Of a stretch of DNA of 64,000 nucleotides, positions 60,758 through 64,000 are shown in pieces. Positions within the stretch are counted from its first letter, which is position 1. The number at the start of each line of letters is the position of its first letter. Source of the stretch: Azolla caroliniana (Eukaryota > Plantae > Polypodiophyta). Both the position numbers and the translations under genes were made by a program. The stretch spans positions 2,232,001 to 2,296,000 of the forward strand of contig JBHGNT010000013.1 of the NCBI GenBank assembly GCA_043228905.1, given 5' to 3'. The notes under the pieces are model-generated. The model was given only the letters and a program-made list of their open reading frames with translations, had not been told where the DNA came from and searched no databases.

Positions 60758-61927
60758 TTAGTCATTTAACTCTTCTTCTAATTGGCTAAGGACATCAAAT
60801 TTGTTTGCGAGATTCGGGCTATTAGTAGTATTAGGACTATTATGACTATGAGGATTATCAGAGATTCCTACTGACATAGACTCGGGTTTAGTATAGTCAG
60901 AACTAACAATGACTTGGTTTACCTGCCTTCTTGGTCTATGGGGACAGTTTATCGCGATATGCCCTGGTCCACCGCAATAAAGGCATAATCGGTTTGTTCG
61001 GCGTCGTTGCTTTTCCTCCTCCGATAGCGGCCCACGACGACGTGTAGTGTCAATTTCCATTGGAGTTGGAGTACTTACTGGAGGCGCATTATGTGACTCC
61101 CTTTGAAAAGGTTTCGCTACCATTGAGGCATAGGTAGGCTCGGATCTTGCCCTCGGCATCTGAAATTGTCGTTCCGAACGTCGCTCGAAGAGGCGGTTGT
61201 CACATCTGACCGCTCGACTGATTGCTTCTGTTAATGATTTTGGCTCTTCAGGGAAAGTCAAGAGTAAATCCTTGACATCGTTGCGTAGACCATAGTGGAA
61301 CTGCTCCATCAATGCTTGATCATCCCAGGGGATATCGGCGGCGAGTAGGCGGAAATCTGCAGCATATGCGGAGGCTGGACGGTCACCTTGGCGTAATCGC
61401 CGGATTTTGTTGATTGCAGTCCTTATGCTGTCAGTATCTCCAAAACATGCTTTAAACTCACTTATGAATTCTTCAAAATTATTTAGTACTGGAGATTCCT
61501 TTTCTAGTAGTGGAGGGAACCATGCTAATGCTGAGCCAGTTAACAACGTGCCTACTAAACCCACTCGTGATGCATCGGTGGGATATCGGGACGGATGCAT
61601 TTGAATAACTAACCGTACCTGGTTAAGAAACCCTCTAAACTGCGATCGCGTTCCATCGAACTTCGTGGGAAGGCCAATCTTGGGTTCTTTATGAATCCCT
61701 TGTGCTCCGTGCCCTTGTTGTTGCATTGCTACGATGGTTGCTTCGAGTTGTTGCACGCGTAACGCAAGTTCCCCATGCTGTTGTTGCGTTTGCTGCTTTT
61801 CTAAGGAAATTTGTTGAAGATCCCCCAACAAGCGTTGATTTTCTTGTTCCAAAGCATGAAACTTCTCTTTCAAGCATTGAAATTCCGAGAAAACGGATTG
61901 ATACTCTTCAGCGCTAACGGTGGCCAT
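60758..61927 (-). CDS. gag: Gag with coiled-coil N-terminus, capsid and CCHC knuckle
   Basis: PTKFDGTR, PTPMEID, CLYCGGPGHIAINC. Confidence 0.95.
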   Translation of the reverse strand: MATVSAEEYQSVFSEFQCLKEKFHALEQENQRLLGDLQQISLEKQQTQQQHGELALRVQQLEATIVAMQQQGHGAQGIHKEPKIGLPTKFDGTRSQFRGFLNQVRLVIQMHPSRYPTDASRVGLVGTLLTGSALAWFPPLLEKESPVLNNFEEFISEFKACFGDTDSIRTAINKIRRLRQGDRPASAYAADFRLLAADIPWDDQALMEQFHYGLRNDVKDLLLTFPEEPKSLTEAISRAVRCDNRLFERRSERQFQMPRARSEPTYASMVAKPFQRESHNAPPVSTPTPMEIDTTRRRGPLSEEEKQRRRTNRLCLYCGGPGHIAINCPHRPRRQVNQVIVSSDYTKPESMSVGISDNPHSHNSPNTTNSPNLANKFDVLSQLEEELND

Positions 61928-62148
61928 GGGATGAAGGAAAAGGGAAATAAGAGACTAGTAGGAAAGGAGAGAGACAGAAGGAAGAGGGAGACTAGTAGGA
62001 AAAATCGGTTCAAACTGTCAGGAACTCTATTAAGGCAGAGAAGGAATTAGTACTAAAAGAAGGATTAGTACTATTGTTGGGGAATAGTACTAAGACAGAG
62101 AAGGATTAGTACTATGAGAGGTGTCGAACTTTGAGAGAAGGAATGAGT

Positions 62149-62192
<44 letters not shown>

Positions 62193-62482
62193 TGATGCGA
62201 AAGATATATGTATTATATGACGGAAGATATACAACAGTAGTTAGAAGGCTTAAGACTGGCGTTGAACCGATTTGGTTCGAACTAATGCCTTGTGCCTCCT
62301 TTTATAGTGTCTTCAGGAATACTCCTGAAGTTTCTAGAATGTTCCAGAGAAATCTGGAATATACATCAATTTCCTAATAAAACCTAAATGAAAATAATAT
62401 CCTTCAAATTACAACTCATAACCTAATGGTAAAGTCTCGACCCGTGTAACAAAAGGTTATGGGTTCGAGTCTAGTTATGACA

Positions 62483-64000
62483 GCAGTACTCCTCGAACTG
62501 CCCCCAGTACTCTCCTCCGTTATCTGCTCGAACCGCCTTCAGCTTCCGGCCGGTTTCTCTTTCCACTCTCGCGTGGAGCTCTTTGAAGACTGATAACACC
62601 TGATCCTTTGTCTTCAGCGGTGTGGCCCACAGCTTCCGGCTGTGGTCATCTATGAACGTCACGAAGTACTGCGCTCCGGCATGTGATTTCGTGTCTACTT
62701 GACAAACATCCGTATGCACCAACTCCAGTGGTGCATTACGTCTCATCGGTGGCCTTGGTCGGAAGGAGGTCCGGTTCTGCTTACCGGCCAGACAATCAGT
62801 GCACTTCTCTAAGTGCACGTTCTTCACTGGAATGAGGTTGTCGTCTCCAAGCCTCTTCATCCCCTTCTCACTCATGTGACATAGCCTCTTGTGCCACAGC
62901 TCACCGGCAGTGTCGGAGGCCACGTTCACTTCTTCCGAACATAACCGGGCATTCATCAGGTACAATGTGTTTACCTTTCGGACCCGAGCCACAATCAGGC
63001 TCCCTTTGCAGAACTTCATGACACCGTTCAGGATGCTACCCGTGTAGCCTTCATCATCTAGCCGACCGGCTGATATCAGGTTCAGACGAACTTCCGGAAC
63101 GTGTCGGACATCCTTCAACAGCAACTTGCATCCGGTTGGTGTTGTCAGCCACACGTCTCCTATGCCGAAAATTCGGCATGTTCCTTCATTCCCCATCCGG
63201 ACACAGCCGTGATCACCGGCTGAGTAGGATGAGAAGCATTTCCGGTCCGGGGTAAGGTGGAACGACGCTCCGGAGTCTACCACCCAGGTCATCTCGCCGC
63301 CGGCATGGTTTATCTCACTCTCCTCGGTGATGAGCATCAACTCTTCTTCACTTGCCGCAATTGCCGTCGTTCCCTTCCGGTCCGGCCCCCTCCGGTCTTT
63401 ACCGTTCCGGTCTGTACCGTTCCGGTTCGAGGTTCGCTTCGAATCGGTACTGTCGGTTTCCTTGTCTTTACGGAAATGCCGACAGTTCTTTTGGAAGTGT
63501 CCCGACTTGCCGCAAATGAAGCAAGTAGGCCTCCCCCTTGACTTTGACCGTGTCCCCGACTTCTCCCGGTTTTGGGGACTACGGTTTCTATGTCTTCCGC
63601 GTTCCGATTCGGTAAGGAGTGCTTTGGAGTCGGAGCTCGTATCTTTGTCTTTCCGACGAGCCTCCTCATCTAGCAAGCTCGACTTTACTCTTGCTAGGGA
63701 TAACCGTTTTCCTTCCGGCCCGGCGTTGCCCAAAGTGACAACCAACGTCTCCCAGCTATTCGGGAGGGAACCGAGCAGGAGTAGCGCTAGGACCTCATCG
63801 GCAAGAGGTACTTCCAATGACGTTGCCTGGTGGATCAGCCCCTGGAAGGCATTCATATGCTCCGCCATGCTGGAGCCATCTTGGTACCGGAGTCTTACTA
63901 GCTTCCGGAATACCGACACCTGATTGACAACATTTTTGTTCTGGAACATTATGCCGATCTTCTCCCAGAGCTCATGAGCCTTGCTCTCTTCATTGAAGTT
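62483..64000 (-). CDS. Copia gag-protease-integrase (partial; continues in frame at 56723 after removing the Gypsy)
   Basis: DNGGEYWGQFEEYC|RSKGIRLEFTVSKTPELNG restored across the TSD. Confidence 0.9.

Larger units (their letters stand above)
56729..62482 (-). mobile_element. Young full-length Tcn1-like chromoviral Ty3/Gypsy element
   Basis: LTRs 56729-57181 and 62016-62482 appear identical except for (GA)n length; TSD GCAGT; PPT AAAGGGGGGATAG; open gag and pol. Confidence 0.97.
53638..64000 (-). mobile_element. Ty1/Copia element (3' LTR 53638-54423; 5' end beyond window) interrupted by a young Gypsy
   Basis: Gag knuckle, protease (VVDSGAS), GAG-pre-integrase, rve, RT (LYVDD), RNase H; PPT next to 54424; 54-bp repeats in the LTR. 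Confidence 0.95.

Overview
Eukaryotic, gene-poor, transposon-saturated plant DNA. The Tcn1-type chromoviruses, Phygy/Athila-like Gypsy, Copia elements and plant-type tRNA-Pro genes suggest a non-seed land plant such as a moss (inference). I see no ordinary host protein gene. The window holds nested LTR retrotransposons with resolvable LTRs and target-site duplications (TSDs), a 5'-truncated LINE, two tRNA-Pro(UGG) genes, and a segmental duplication at about 39-42 kb offset (about 1-14.4 kb vs 40.8-53.6 kb). The main finding is an 8,074-bp DNA transposon (19775-27848, 36-bp TIRs, AGTG TSD) inside a Gypsy RNase H. It carries a Sola1-like DDE transposase and a divergent, intron-containing, bacterial-type beta-class DNA amino-methyltransferase (DIPY...FSGTG) fused to a ParB-like domain. 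Six 25-bp palindromes sit in the first intron of that gene. A second signal is that LTRs of three chromovirus families carry an outward-facing tRNA-like A-box/B-box at the U3 tip. Two of these families also show self-priming PBSs and a -1 frameshift cassette. All family and domain calls come from motif recognition by eye; no searches were run.
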